From NCBI RefSeq assembly GCF_009914755.1, contig NC_060935.1: DNA of 64,000 nucleotides; one strand, 5' to 3'. This stretch comes from the human T2T-CHM13v2.0 reference genome, Homo sapiens. Made by a program: the position numbers and the translations under genes. Shown here piece after piece: positions 13,439 through 25,760 of this stretch (position 1 is the stretch's first letter; the number at the start of each line of letters is the position of its first letter). Below the pieces are notes generated by a model. That model saw nothing but the letters and a program-made list of their open reading frames with translations, ran no database searches and was not told where the DNA came from.

Positions 13439-15235
13439 AGTTTGTGCACCAGTTCTATCTCCTATTCACTCCAAGTACTTACTCAAATCAGTTAACTGCT
13501 CTCATTTCAGTAAACTAATTCTCGTTTACACTCCTGTAAAGTGGAAGGAACAGTTACCTTACTTTCCTTCCCATCCCAGTTGAGCTCACATTTGTGCAAC
13601 AAAAAATATATATATAATATATATTGCTTAATTCTATACTCTATGTATGTAAGCTGTTATCATTACTATATTGTTTGCAGTTGAGGGGTGAGTGATTGCT
13701 ACTCCCCAAAAATGTCCACTGGATAACAATAGCTAATTGATTGAACACTTATTAAGAGCTTTGCCAAGTTCTTTAAATTTACTCCTCCCCAAAATCCATT
13801 AAAGAAGATATAAAAAAGGCGGGTTCAGAGATATTCAGCCATTTGCACAGGGCCACAAAGCTAGTAAGCAGCAGAGCTACATTTTGAACTCGGTCAGTCC
13901 AACAAGTCCACCAGACAAGCAGTCTTCCTTTGTTTTTTAAATCTTCAAATGGAGGAATATCAAATGCAAAGCTTAAAACAAATAGTGGTGGTGGGACTCT
14001 TTCTATGTTTGGGTTTTTTTCTGGTGGGGGGCGGTGGCAGGATCTCTTCTTTACTGAAGTTTTAAATAGCTGTGTGAATCACTACAAGAAGCTGTGTTCC
14101 AAGGTTCCCTTTATCCTCTCTCCCATAATGTAGCTAACTTCTTCTAGAAAGCTCGTCCCCACCTCTGGCTTCCTGGTTCATCACTGTCTCATGTACTGCA
14201 ATGTTGGCATTTTCATCAAATTGGCAACCAGCTTATCCAGATCTGCTTGATAAGAAGGAACAGGCTGCTTGTGTCTAAACTAATCAGAAAGAACAAGCAG
14301 TTTGCCTCTAGAATGATACCTTATGTGGTCTGTGCAAATTAGCTACAAATGAAGAATTTTTGCAAGGGCAAGCATGCCCATGTTTTCCATCTACAGAAAT
14401 ATCTTCTAGAACAAGTGCTTCCTTGTCCAAGGAGAAAAGCTCAAAGAAAAGAGTTAGCTTTCACCAAATCTGACTGTGAATCAGCATCTGAGGTCCCAAC
14501 AGAAACACCTGCTAGGTACAGTCATCCACCATCCCTCACTCCCAGAGCCAGAGGGCCAAGGGTGTTTATAAATATAGGCTAGAAGGCCTTCCAGCCATCT
14601 AATTCAGAAAGACTCCCTCAAGGAAAAGCCCCCAGAGTAGACTGAGCTGTTGGACATCTAGAAGACCATCCCTTTAAACAAGGGTGAGCATATCCCAAAG
14701 CCTCCTCTGTCTTTCCCACAATTCTCCTGATCTGAAAGCTCTCCTAACCACTTGCCTCTTACAGTGGATTGTGTCTTGCTAGAAGTCCAACATGCCCAGC
14801 AAGGCCTTTGAGGCCCTTCATGAGCCAGCCTCACTCAATAATCTCTCCCTTCTCCCCCATCCCCACCCCACCTCTAGCACTGCAGCCTGCCCCAACAACT
14901 GTCTGTATTGATCACTGTTGTATCCTCACAGTGCCTGGCAAAGGTAGGCAACACAATGATCATTTGCTACATCAGTGAATACTTACATTTCCCTAAATGA
15001 ACTATGTTTTTTTCATCTGTGGGTCTTGGTTCAAGCTACTCTCTCTGATTGAATTGCTTTTTTTCCATTTCACTAACTTCCTCCTTTTTACAAGAATCGG
15101 CTTTAGAGTTCTCTTCCCTTGGGACATCATCTTTGACCCTCTCCCTGATCTGAGCTAGTGACACCAGTCACCAAAACGATCGTGGGTGTGATGGAAAAGA
15201 AATGGGACGTGGTTTTGCTTTAACAAGCACATACA

Positions 15236-15533
15236 GGCCAGGTGTGGTAGCTCATGCCTGTAATCCTAGCACTTTGGGAGGCTGAGGTGGGCAGATCACC
15301 TAAGGTCAGGAGTTCAAGACCAGCCTGGCCAACATGGTGAAACCCTGTCTCTACTAAAATACAAAAATTAGCCAGGCATGATGGCAGGTGCCTGTAATCC
15401 CAGCTACTCAGGAGGCTGAGACAGGAGAATCGCTTGAACCTGGGAGACAGTGGTTGCAGTGAACCATGATCTCGCACTCCAGCCTGGGTGGCTGAGCAAG
15501 ACTTTGTCTCAAAAACAAACAAACAAAAACAAG
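15236..15533 (+). mobile_element. AluSx-like
   Basis: Full Alu dimer. Confidence 0.9.
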
Positions 15534-16236
15534 GACATATGAATTTACATTCCAAATAAGTGTTGCCCCCTTTTAAGAAGTCATTTAGTCCATCTTAATA
15601 GATCAGCTGAATTTATGGTGTTAGTAACCCTCTTGGGAGACACAGAAATGTGTAAAATTTCCCACAACATCCTGCTACTAAGGTGGTATCACTTTTCCTG
15701 TCTCTCAGAATTCTGACTGAATCAAAAAGTCAGGGCTGGAAGGCACCTTGGAAATACCTCAACTCCTGCTTTTACAGATGTGGAAACGGAGGTCCAGGGA
15801 AAGTTGAAGTCATCCCAGAAATCAAATAGGAAACTGGTGGCAGAGTTCAGCTGAGACCTCAGCTCATCTGTAAACTCACTCAAAACTTTAATCCTTTCCT
15901 CTCACAGAAGAATCAAGGCAATTCCTCCCAGTACCTGCTTTGACTTGCATTCCATGTTTTATTTTGGTTTTTGCTTCACAAGCTAAAGAATAATATTACG
16001 CTGAAATTTTAAGGAAAAGATGGAATGTTGTAAGAGCTCCAGATGGTTTCATCACAAGATACGTGAAGATGTGGGCTATCCCTAGTTAACAAAGGCTAAT
16101 TTCAAGCTTCCAAGGGAACCAGTCTTTAGTCCAATGTTCCCTAAACATCATTCATGTGCACATCGTCGTTTCCATTTTTGTCATATCTGAAATACCAACT
16201 TTACTATTATTTACTTCTTTCTTTCCTTTAACTCAC

Positions 16237-16545
16237 TTTCTTTATTTTCTTTTTTGAGACAGGGTCTTGCTCTGTCACCCAGGCTAGAGTGCAGTGTCTC
16301 AGTGGCACAGTCTCAGCTAACCGCAGCCTCCACCTTCCAGGCTCAAGCCATCCTCCCACCTCAGCCTCCTGAGTAGCAGGGACTACAGGCATGCACCACG
16401 ACATGCAGCTAATTTTTGTATTTTTTGTAGAGACAGGGTTTCGCCATGTTGCCCAGGCTGGTCTTGAACTTTTGGGCTCAAGTGCTCCTCCCACCTGGGC
16501 CTCCCAAAGTGCTGAGACTACAGGCTTGAACCACAGCGCCCAGCC
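16237..16545 (-). mobile_element. AluJ within a probable hAT-Charlie relic (about 16130-16750)
   Basis: Antisense Alu; flanks resemble an old DNA transposon. Confidence 0.85.
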
Positions 16546-16991
16546 AACTCATTTTTTAAAAACATAATATCTAGTTTAATTTCAGCCTAAGTGAAATAAA
16601 TAAATAATAATCCAAGAAATCACAGGTTTGGTATCTTTTTATACTCTTTCCCTAACACATTTCAGATGAATATACAACTATTTTTTAAATGTTCACATAC
16701 CACTTATCATTCTGCATATCACTATTAGCATGCATGTAACATTACAGGAAATTGTGCTTTTACTCCAGAGCATGGTGATTCCTTCCGAAGCAAAACTAGT
16801 TACTGGTATTCTCCCTAGTGTCTATTCCATCTTCTGCATGCACCTTATTTATGTGAAATGCCAATCAGTAGTAGCATATTCAGATCCCAAACTAAAGCTT
16901 ATCCTTATGATAATAGCTTTTCTTATCAACCGCTAGATCACTATGCCTTCCACACATTTGATCTGTCACTTTGTTTGAAATAATCCCTTAC

Positions 16992-17055
16992 CTTAATGTT
17001 CTTCACTGATTATTAATAAATTACGAACCAACAGCAAAAATAATTACCCTTTCAC
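16992..17055 (-). ncRNA. Candidate 64-nt exon
   Basis: Branch-like TACTCAC, acceptor gttttcctag|, donor AAG|GTAAGG; stop codons in all three frames. Confidence 0.35.
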
Positions 17056-17805
17056 CTAGGAAAACACTGGTGAGTATGTCTTAATGGTCTACCAGTGACA
17101 GACGGCTTTCCGGAGCATAATGGATGCAAATGTGTAACAGGATATGGGTAGGTTATTTTCACACAAGCTGTCACTTGTCACACAAATTACATGGGTTCCT
17201 ATTAGCTGCTTAATTCAGATTTTGAAAAAAACAAATTCCACTCACAATACCTACATCATTCCTGGATCTCCTATAGAAGTCAGAACCAACCCACAAAAGC
17301 ACCAAAGAATTAAAGGCTTTCAGGAACAGCACATTGTCTGTGGTAGGAAAATTCTCCTTGGAGTGGTGGAAATCATGTCGGTCAAAGTTGTCCAAGGATT
17401 CAAACGTCTTCAGAGGAAGAGAGGAAGACCTGAGACTATGAGAGAAGCCTGAATCTGGATGCCGTTATCAGAGCTCTGCAAGTCGACTGAGTGGTTTATG
17501 GGTCTGCCAGGCATGGGCAAGGAGAGGCTGGCGGGTCACTGCTGGTGCCGCACAAAGGGGATGCCAAGGTAGCCTGCTTGACATCATCTGTCTAGACTGG
17601 ACAGAGTGGAGCCTTCCATGCACATTCCTGAGGAGCAGTGACATGGACCGCAGGCCTCGGAGCCTGTGCTGGAGGCCCTAAGGCCTGAGGCTGCAGCTCT
17701 TAGGCTAACTTTGCCCAGGGTTCTGTTGCCATTTTAGGAAACTAGCAGATACTTTTGCAAACTGACCTGAGTTTATCACAGTTCTTATATCTCAGAGTTG
17801 GTGTA

Positions 17806-18094
17806 TTTTTTTTTAGACGGAATCTCGCTCTGTCGCCCAGGCTGGAGTGCAGTGGCACGATCTTGGCTCACTGCAACCTCCGCCTCCCGGGTTCACGCCA
17901 TTCTCCTGCCTTAGCCCCCTGAACAGCTGGGACCACAGGCGCCCACAACCACGCCCGGCTAATTTTTTGTATTTTTAGTAGAGACGGAGTTTCACCGTGC
18001 TAGCCACGATGGTCTCGATCTCCTGACCTCGTGATCTGCCCACCTCGGCCTCTCAAAGTGTTGGGATTACAGGCGTGAGCCACCGTGCCCAGCC
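17806..18094 (-). mobile_element. AluY-like
   Basis: CpG-rich antisense Alu; 16-bp TSD gagttggtgtattttt. Confidence 0.92.
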
Positions 18095-20432
18095 GAGTTG
18101 GTGTATTTTTAAGTCTTCCCTTCTTATAATAATAATCGCTAACATTGATCTAGTACTTATCATTTACTAGGCACTGTTCTAAGCAGTTTCTGTGTATTAA
18201 CACATGCACATACAGAATCACAGAAAGTTTGATCTGGAAGGAGCCTTAGCTATTGAGATTGAAAGAGCCCTGGACTTATATCAGTAGGAATGAGTACTTT
18301 GTCACCCATTAGCTGTGTGATCTTGACTGAGTCCTGATTCCCTCTAGGCCTCACTTTCTCATCTGTTACGGTGGTGAGATGGATGAGACATGATGAATAG
18401 GCTTCCATATGAATGCCAACTATGATCCAGTTGAGCTGTCTTGGGCACTAAGTTGAGTGGGATTCTGAGAAGGTGTGGGAGAGTGCCACAATCGATTATC
18501 AGTGTCTGCCACAATGAGCATCTTCAGGATAAAATAAGTATGTAAAAGCACCTAGTATAATAGAGTATCTGGCATACTGTTGATATTCAGTTTAGTAGGA
18601 GACTATTGGAATTTTCATCATCATCATTAGTCTGTCAATCCCAAACTGGATTAACTTGTTCTAACCCATGATTTGTAACTTATATGCTTACATGCAAAAC
18701 TGATTACCATAATTTTTCTTAAGGAATAAACTTGAGCTCCTTCTCAAGGAAATATCATTTAAATCTTTTATTACAGAAAATGCCAAAAATATACAAAAAT
18801 AGACACTATTGTAATGAACTCCCAAGGACTCATCGACAAACTTCAAGAATTATCAATTCATGGCTAACCTTGTCTCATCTATGTCCCCACCTATTGACCC
18901 CTCTCTCAGCCAATCTGGATGTTGTTTAAGCAGGTCCCAGATATCATGTCATTTCATCTATAAATATATCAGTGTTTATCTACAAATAATAGAAACTTAA
19001 TTTTTTATAATTTTTAAAGCATTTGTTTTTAATTGGATGAAATGGCAACAGCAAAGCATGATTAGGAAGTTATTTCCTCACCTCCCTAATAACATTCCAG
19101 AAAAGTAAAAAACAAGTTTGTGTATTAAATAGTAATAATAATAAGAGGCTAGCTCAGGAGGCCACGTGGGGACTGCTGTATGCATGATTTATTATAGCTA
19201 CACAAAGTGAGTCATTCCATTCTTTGAGATATTTATGACATGGCTAAAATGTTGAATACATCAACATCAGAATTAATCATGAATAATATTTAATTAGTGC
19301 TTGACAACGATCAATTTGGCAACTCTTTTTGTTCTCTCTCCTTCCCCCGTATAGAAAAATAGTCATAAACTAAAGTGTTTTATTTTTTCCATCTGCTTCT
19401 GGTAAAGCGCATCCCTGAATTGCTAACTTAGTTGAGATCTCCTGAACTTTCATATACCTAGGTAATTAGACTCAGATGCTGTCCGGACTGTGATTATAAA
19501 TCAAGTGTGTGTATGTAAGCAGAAAACAGACTGCTCACGCTGAGAGCTGGTGTCACTATTTCTCACGGACCTGCCCATGGAGCAGGCAGGCCCCCAGGTC
19601 TGAGCAGAGCAGAAAGTTTTCATATCGCTGCCATGCCGTGGCAGCCCCTGCTCTCACCTCTCCAGCCTCCAGAAAGCACTGATTATATATAATAATACAT
19701 TATATATAATAATATATAATCAGCAGGCTTAAGACTTTGTTTACAAAAGAAAAAAGGCCTCTGGGGCACTCGAGCAGTAATTCTGCCCAGAAGTATGCTA
19801 GGAACCAACCAAGGAGCATAAGATGCATGGTACAAACCAGGAGAATAAGAGGCAGGGGAAAGTACACCGCGATGGCATCTTTCCAGCCAGGCTGTTAACA
19901 TTCAGAGCACTTGGCGTCCCGAAGAACTTTTGTGGCACTGTGTACCATTTCCCAATCAGGGAGTTTGTTCTACAAGGGAATGATTAGGAGAAACTTTAAT
20001 TCATTGTTTCATAACAATATGTGCATTCATTTAATTTTAACAGAACAGCAATTTTTGTTTCAGTTAACTTAATATTTTAAATAATGGAGCCAAAGGTGCC
20101 TGGCTTTTTGAAGTGTCTGAAAGGAAGCGTTAAATTGTTGTTTTTAACTTGGAGGCTGTTGATCTAAGGGATCTCCTTTTCTTTACGTCTGAGTCACATC
20201 AAGTAAACTACAGCTGAAATGCCAACTGGAGCCAATACCCAGTAGGTCATCTTGGGAAGGCTGAAGACCTGGAATCAGCCAACATTGGTTAAAGAGTTCT
20301 ATGTGCCAAGCATGGCACATCCTATATCTTCTATAAGCCTTACAATAACCCCAAGGGGGAGCACAGGTGGTTATATGGAGTTTCCAGAGTCACCGAACTA
20401 ATACATATGAATTAGGGGTCCAAGCTTAGTAT

Positions 20433-20715
<283 letters not shown>

Positions 20716-21548
20716 CTCACCTCATTTAATCCTCACCCTATGTTGTTCTTATTCCCATTTTGCAGATGTAAAAAAAAAACAAAAACAAAAAACAAGGCTT
20801 AGAAAGGATACGTAACGTGCCCATGGCCACACCGGGAAGCCATCTGACTGCAGGGACTTCCTTCAGTCATTCTCCTACACCTACCCAAAAAGCAAATTGG
20901 GCCACACCCTCACCATTTCATGAGTGGTACGATGCTTTGAAGTTATGAGCTCCCATAAACTTGTGAATAATGCTGACTGCCCAGGCAAGTGCTGGATGAA
21001 TTTTGTGACATGTAAGGACACAAATAAGTGGAATTCCAAGGCCTCCAACTGAGAACATTCAACACACACAGAGCTCACAAGGACACCAGCAAATGATGCA
21101 TACAAACTACAGTTGAATGATTTTTCACAAGGGGAAAGAATGGTATGATCGGAACTGGCCAGAGCTTATCATAAGAAGCTAAACTCTCAGAGGATATGAT
21201 TGAAATAAAAAATCTATCTGTTTTTACCCTGTCGATGCCAAATGCTGAATTTCCCCTCCCTCCTGGCTTGGGAGATGAAGTCAGTGGATCTTCTTTCTGC
21301 CTCACTGGCTTTTCAACATGCAACTTGATAGCTTCTGGAAACAAACCAATGAATACAAGATCATCAAAGTGTGTTATTTTAATTAAAGGAGGGTCCTATG
21401 TGGTGGGGTGGGGCGAGGGGGCAGTAAGTCTGTTAGTGGCCAACCCAAGTAGCAGCTGAGAATCTAGTTAGCATGGTCTCTGTCTCACCAATCCCTCCTT
21501 CTGGTTCTGCTGCCACATCCCGGCCCCTGACTGGGCCCAGTTCTGCTC

Positions 21549-21588
21549 TGAACCCACAGCAAACTGGGTGAACCCACAGCAAACTGGG
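21549..21588. repeat. Perfect 20-bp tandem duplication
   Basis: (tgaacccacagcaaactggg)x2. Confidence 0.95.
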
Positions 21589-22526
21589 TCAGCCCACCTA
21601 GAACATCACATGTGACATTTTCCAGATATGCCTCGAAAAATGCAAAGTTTGTGCTTCAAAGCAGCCATCACTGCAAACACTAAAAGACAGGCTTGCAATG
21701 TAATAGGGCTTTGAAAAAGAAAAAGAAGAGGAAAAAAAAGAATGAAAGTCTGGGCTGCCAAAAAAATTAATTGGCATTGTTGTAAAATTGTATTGCACAG
21801 CGAGAATACAAATATTATTCATGTTAAGGAAAGGGTTGACCTAAGATGTGATTTATAGGCACTTCAAATGCAGTACAGGAAGTAAACGGAAAAATTAGGG
21901 TGCGAGGTCACTGAGTAGGCAAGAGTCAACTTAAGGGTAAAGTTAAAAACTTGAGGAAGGGAGCACACAGTTCATCTTGCCATATTAAATTAAGATCTGT
22001 CTTCACTTTGAAGAAATGGAAAAAGTCAAATATTGAGGTGGGTATGTTACTAAAGGCGTTTTCTTATCAACAAGCGAGAAAGTAGGAATACTTTTATAAG
22101 GGATGAGGAATGCCGAAGGGATGTTTCATAAGGAAAATAAAGAGGCAGGTTGATGCAATCCATGAATCAACTGTGTTATCAGTAATGTGAACAAACAACA
22201 GTTACAAGTTAAAGGGCTTTAGAGGCACTGCACTGAGCAAAAGCAAGGAATCCAAACTGAATTTTGTTTTTAGGGATGTGTTGTTTCATTTTTTTAATTA
22301 AAATAGTCTAAATTGGACCGGACAGTTCTCAAGCTTATCAATGGCCAGGAAGAGGCGATTGAGACAGAAAGGGATGTTCGGCTGTGAATTCACGGATTCA
22401 CGAACACAGGATTCAGCTCTCTCTAAGTCATCCTGCTCTCTGGCTGTTCTGTTTCAACCCAGTTTGCATTAAAAGTTCTCTTCCTACCCGCACCCCGCAC
22501 AGGGAATATGAATGTTTCCCAAAGAA

Positions 22527-22540
22527 CCACTAGAGGGCAG
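22527..22540 (+). promoter_or_regulatory. CTCF motif
   Basis: CCACTAGAGGGCAG matches the CTCF core CCASYAGRKGGCRS in unique sequence. Confidence 0.6.
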
Positions 22541-22881
22541 AGCTTTGTGATGTTTTGAAATTAAAAATTGCTCAACCAGCCCAGGAGTCATCGCAGCCAC
22601 CACCAGGAGTCATCACAAGAAAGACGGTGACTGTATCCCCTAGGCCAACGTCCACATAAAGCGCAACAGCCAAGAACTCTGTCATCCTCTTAGGCGAAGG
22701 AAACCAAGGCTATGGCAGCCAGGGGCACAATCACTGCCTGACAAAGGGCAGCCCAGAGTGGGGTCCTCCATGCAGAAAGGGATCAAGAGAAGCAGAGGCT
22801 ATGAGACATGGAATCAGCCCCAGCACCCGCCCCTGGGGAGGGGCTTCCCCTAGGTAGACAGGGCTCACTCCCTTCACATAC

Positions 22882-22951
22882 CTGAGGCTGCTTCTCCTGC
22901 AATCTTTCCCACCTTCTCCACACCCCTGATGTTCCTTTTACTGTGGTTCAT
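22882..22951 (-). ncRNA. Candidate 70-nt exon
   Basis: Pyrimidine-rich acceptor ...cctttctcacccaacatttttatatgcag|, purine-rich body, donor CAG|GTATGT. Confidence 0.38.
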
Positions 22952-23518
22952 CTGCATATAAAAATGTTGGGTGAGAAAGGACAGGAAATCAGGACCATCA
23001 ACTCCGTGGCAAAAGCATCCCTCCTGTGTGGCCCGCATTTAGAACTCCCAGTGTCCTCTGTCATCTGTAGGGCTGTTGGCCTGCAGCCGCCAGAGTCACG
23101 GTTGCAGGCAGCATCCTGGCGGCTGCAGTGGTGCAGAGAAAATGTGGCTGGGAGAAATCTGAGTGGGCCCCTCGGCATCAGTCCTGGGCTGCCTCCTTTG
23201 GCTCCCACAAAACCTAATCCCTCTGGCCTCTAAGAGCATTCTCATGCTGGAAAATTAGGGAGTGTGTTCCTGGGGCCCTGAGTCCTTTCACTGTCCCTGG
23301 CCCTGCCTGGGGACCTTGACCTCCAGGGCCATTGCTAATTACCAACCATCACCCATCCCTGCAGTAAGGGTCCTCATTAACCCAAGTCCTCCCAGCGTGT
23401 CTAGCAGAGAGAAATCTGATCTCAGCTAAGGGTGTGGGAAGGGGCAATGGGAATTTTCTCCTTTCTTTTAAACTTGGAGTTAGAGTTTTAGGCCACCTAT
23501 GATTAAAATGTTCATCGA

Positions 23519-23852
<334 letters not shown>

Positions 23853-24679
23853 CTAACCTGTTAAAAGGAGAGAGTAGGATTAAGTCTCTGATGAATCACT
23901 AAGAGGCTGGACTGAGATAATGAGGTAGTCTTTGTAAAGCCCTGAGTGCCGGTTACTTTTCAGTCTGCAACTGCAAATCTCCGGGGGGAGGAGGCTGCCA
24001 TCTCCTGGGGTGGCCAGCTTTCCCACCGAAGATTAGGACACAAAGGGCTATGGCCTCAGTATAAGCAAGTCCATTCTGCCCATCACCTAAAAATGACTCC
24101 ATACTCATCTTGTGACCTCATAAAAAGATGCTCAGCTTCTTCATCTGTAAAATAGCAAAGCAGCTACACCATTCCTAAATTCCCTTAGGGATCCCAGGAC
24201 AATCCATGATCCAAAATGATGTCTAGGATTGCATCTACCACTTTTGCAGCCATGCCCCATGACATGGCTGGCTCATCTTAAGCTTGTGGACACTTAAAAT
24301 TCCCAGACCTTTCTCACAAGAGCTATCCTTAAAACAGGCCTTCATCACCCCCAACAGAATGTTTGCTGTTTAAGAAGATTTTGATCTTTTTCTTCTTGGA
24401 TGTCTCAGTGCAGTGCTCCAGTCTGGTAAGACCATGCTGAATCTCTACTCGGTCATGAATGGAAACTGCTTCTCTCCCAGTTTTAAGTCATCTCTACATT
24501 GCAGGGGAGGGGGCGTATCCAGGGCAAAGCTATGTGCTTTTAACATACCATTTCTTTTCATGACCAAATAATGAAAGAGGGAGGAAATTTTTCCATGCAA
24601 AGCTAAGAACCAAGAATCCAGGGGTAGACACAATGATGGGTGAGGGGAGGCTCTGTTGTGCCAAAAGCACACAGAGGCA

Positions 24680-25760
24680 AAAAGCTTGGCCTTTCAGGTC
24701 AGAGGGATCAGAGTGAGTCCAGTTTCTCCATTTTCTATGTGGTCTCGGCCATGTGACCTAACCTCTCTTGGCCTCAGTTTCAGAGCAATAATGCCACCTC
24801 ATCATAATAATAATTTCACGGAGTCCTCCCTGTAGACCAGGCACTGTGCCAGGAGCTTTGTATGCATTATCACATTCATCTTTACAACCTCCTTGTGAAG
24901 GAGACGTTATTCTCACCATATTGCAGGCAAGGAAACTGAGGCCTAGAAGAATCAAGCAGCTGTTCCTAAACCACACCATAAGTTGGCAATGGAGCTGGCG
25001 TGAGAACCCCTCTCTCCTTACCTGGTAGGGTCGCTGTCAAAGTGAATGAGATGATCTGCATAAATATGAGCATAGGGTCTGGCAGGTATGGTAATTACTG
25101 TTATTATTGTTTTTAGTAGTAGTAGTAGTAGTGATAATGTATAGTTTGGTCAATTCAGGGCCCCTGTCCCTCCTGCTATTCACCTTTGACCACATTTTCA
25201 TAATGAAACCCAAGTAGGATGTGGCACAATAGGACAAGCACAGGCTGACAGCCAGCCAGTTACCAGCTGTGTGACCTTGGAAAAGTTATTTAATGTCTCT
25301 CAGCCTCAATTTCCACATCTGTAACCTGAAGAACATAAGACTACCATTAGAACTGATGTAAATTGTGAAGATAAAACTAAGTATTTGCATAACTACATAG
25401 TTATAATAGGCAACGCCCATATACATATATATTATATATTTTTATATTATATATATTATATAATATGATTATATAATAATTATAATTATAATCTTTATGA
25501 AAGCAGATATATTGTGCAACTTGCTAATTGCTTTAGTAGTGGAAAGATACTCCTGAGGAAAGAGCATTGGAGAACTCTCAGAGCTTTTCATCAGAGTGGA
25601 ATAAGCCTTGAAATCCATTCACTCCTGGCTCTGACATTTACTCCTACATGATCCCAGTCAAATCAATGGGACTACAGAAAAAACTACCTCAGTGGGGAGG
25701 TTGTGAAGGTCAAATGAGAAAATACATGTAAAAAATGACTTAAAAAATCAAAAGTGCAAT
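24680..25760. mobile_element. MIR cluster, including an antisense MIR nested in a sense MIR, plus an AT-rich tract at 25420-25495
   Basis: Several MIR cores (ggaaactgaggc; cctcaatttccacatctgtaa). Confidence 0.7.

Noticed and set aside
25022-25056. Minus-strand mini-exon with CAG|GTAAGG donor
   Set aside because: Lies within MIR sequence with a weak acceptor; such motifs are common by chance
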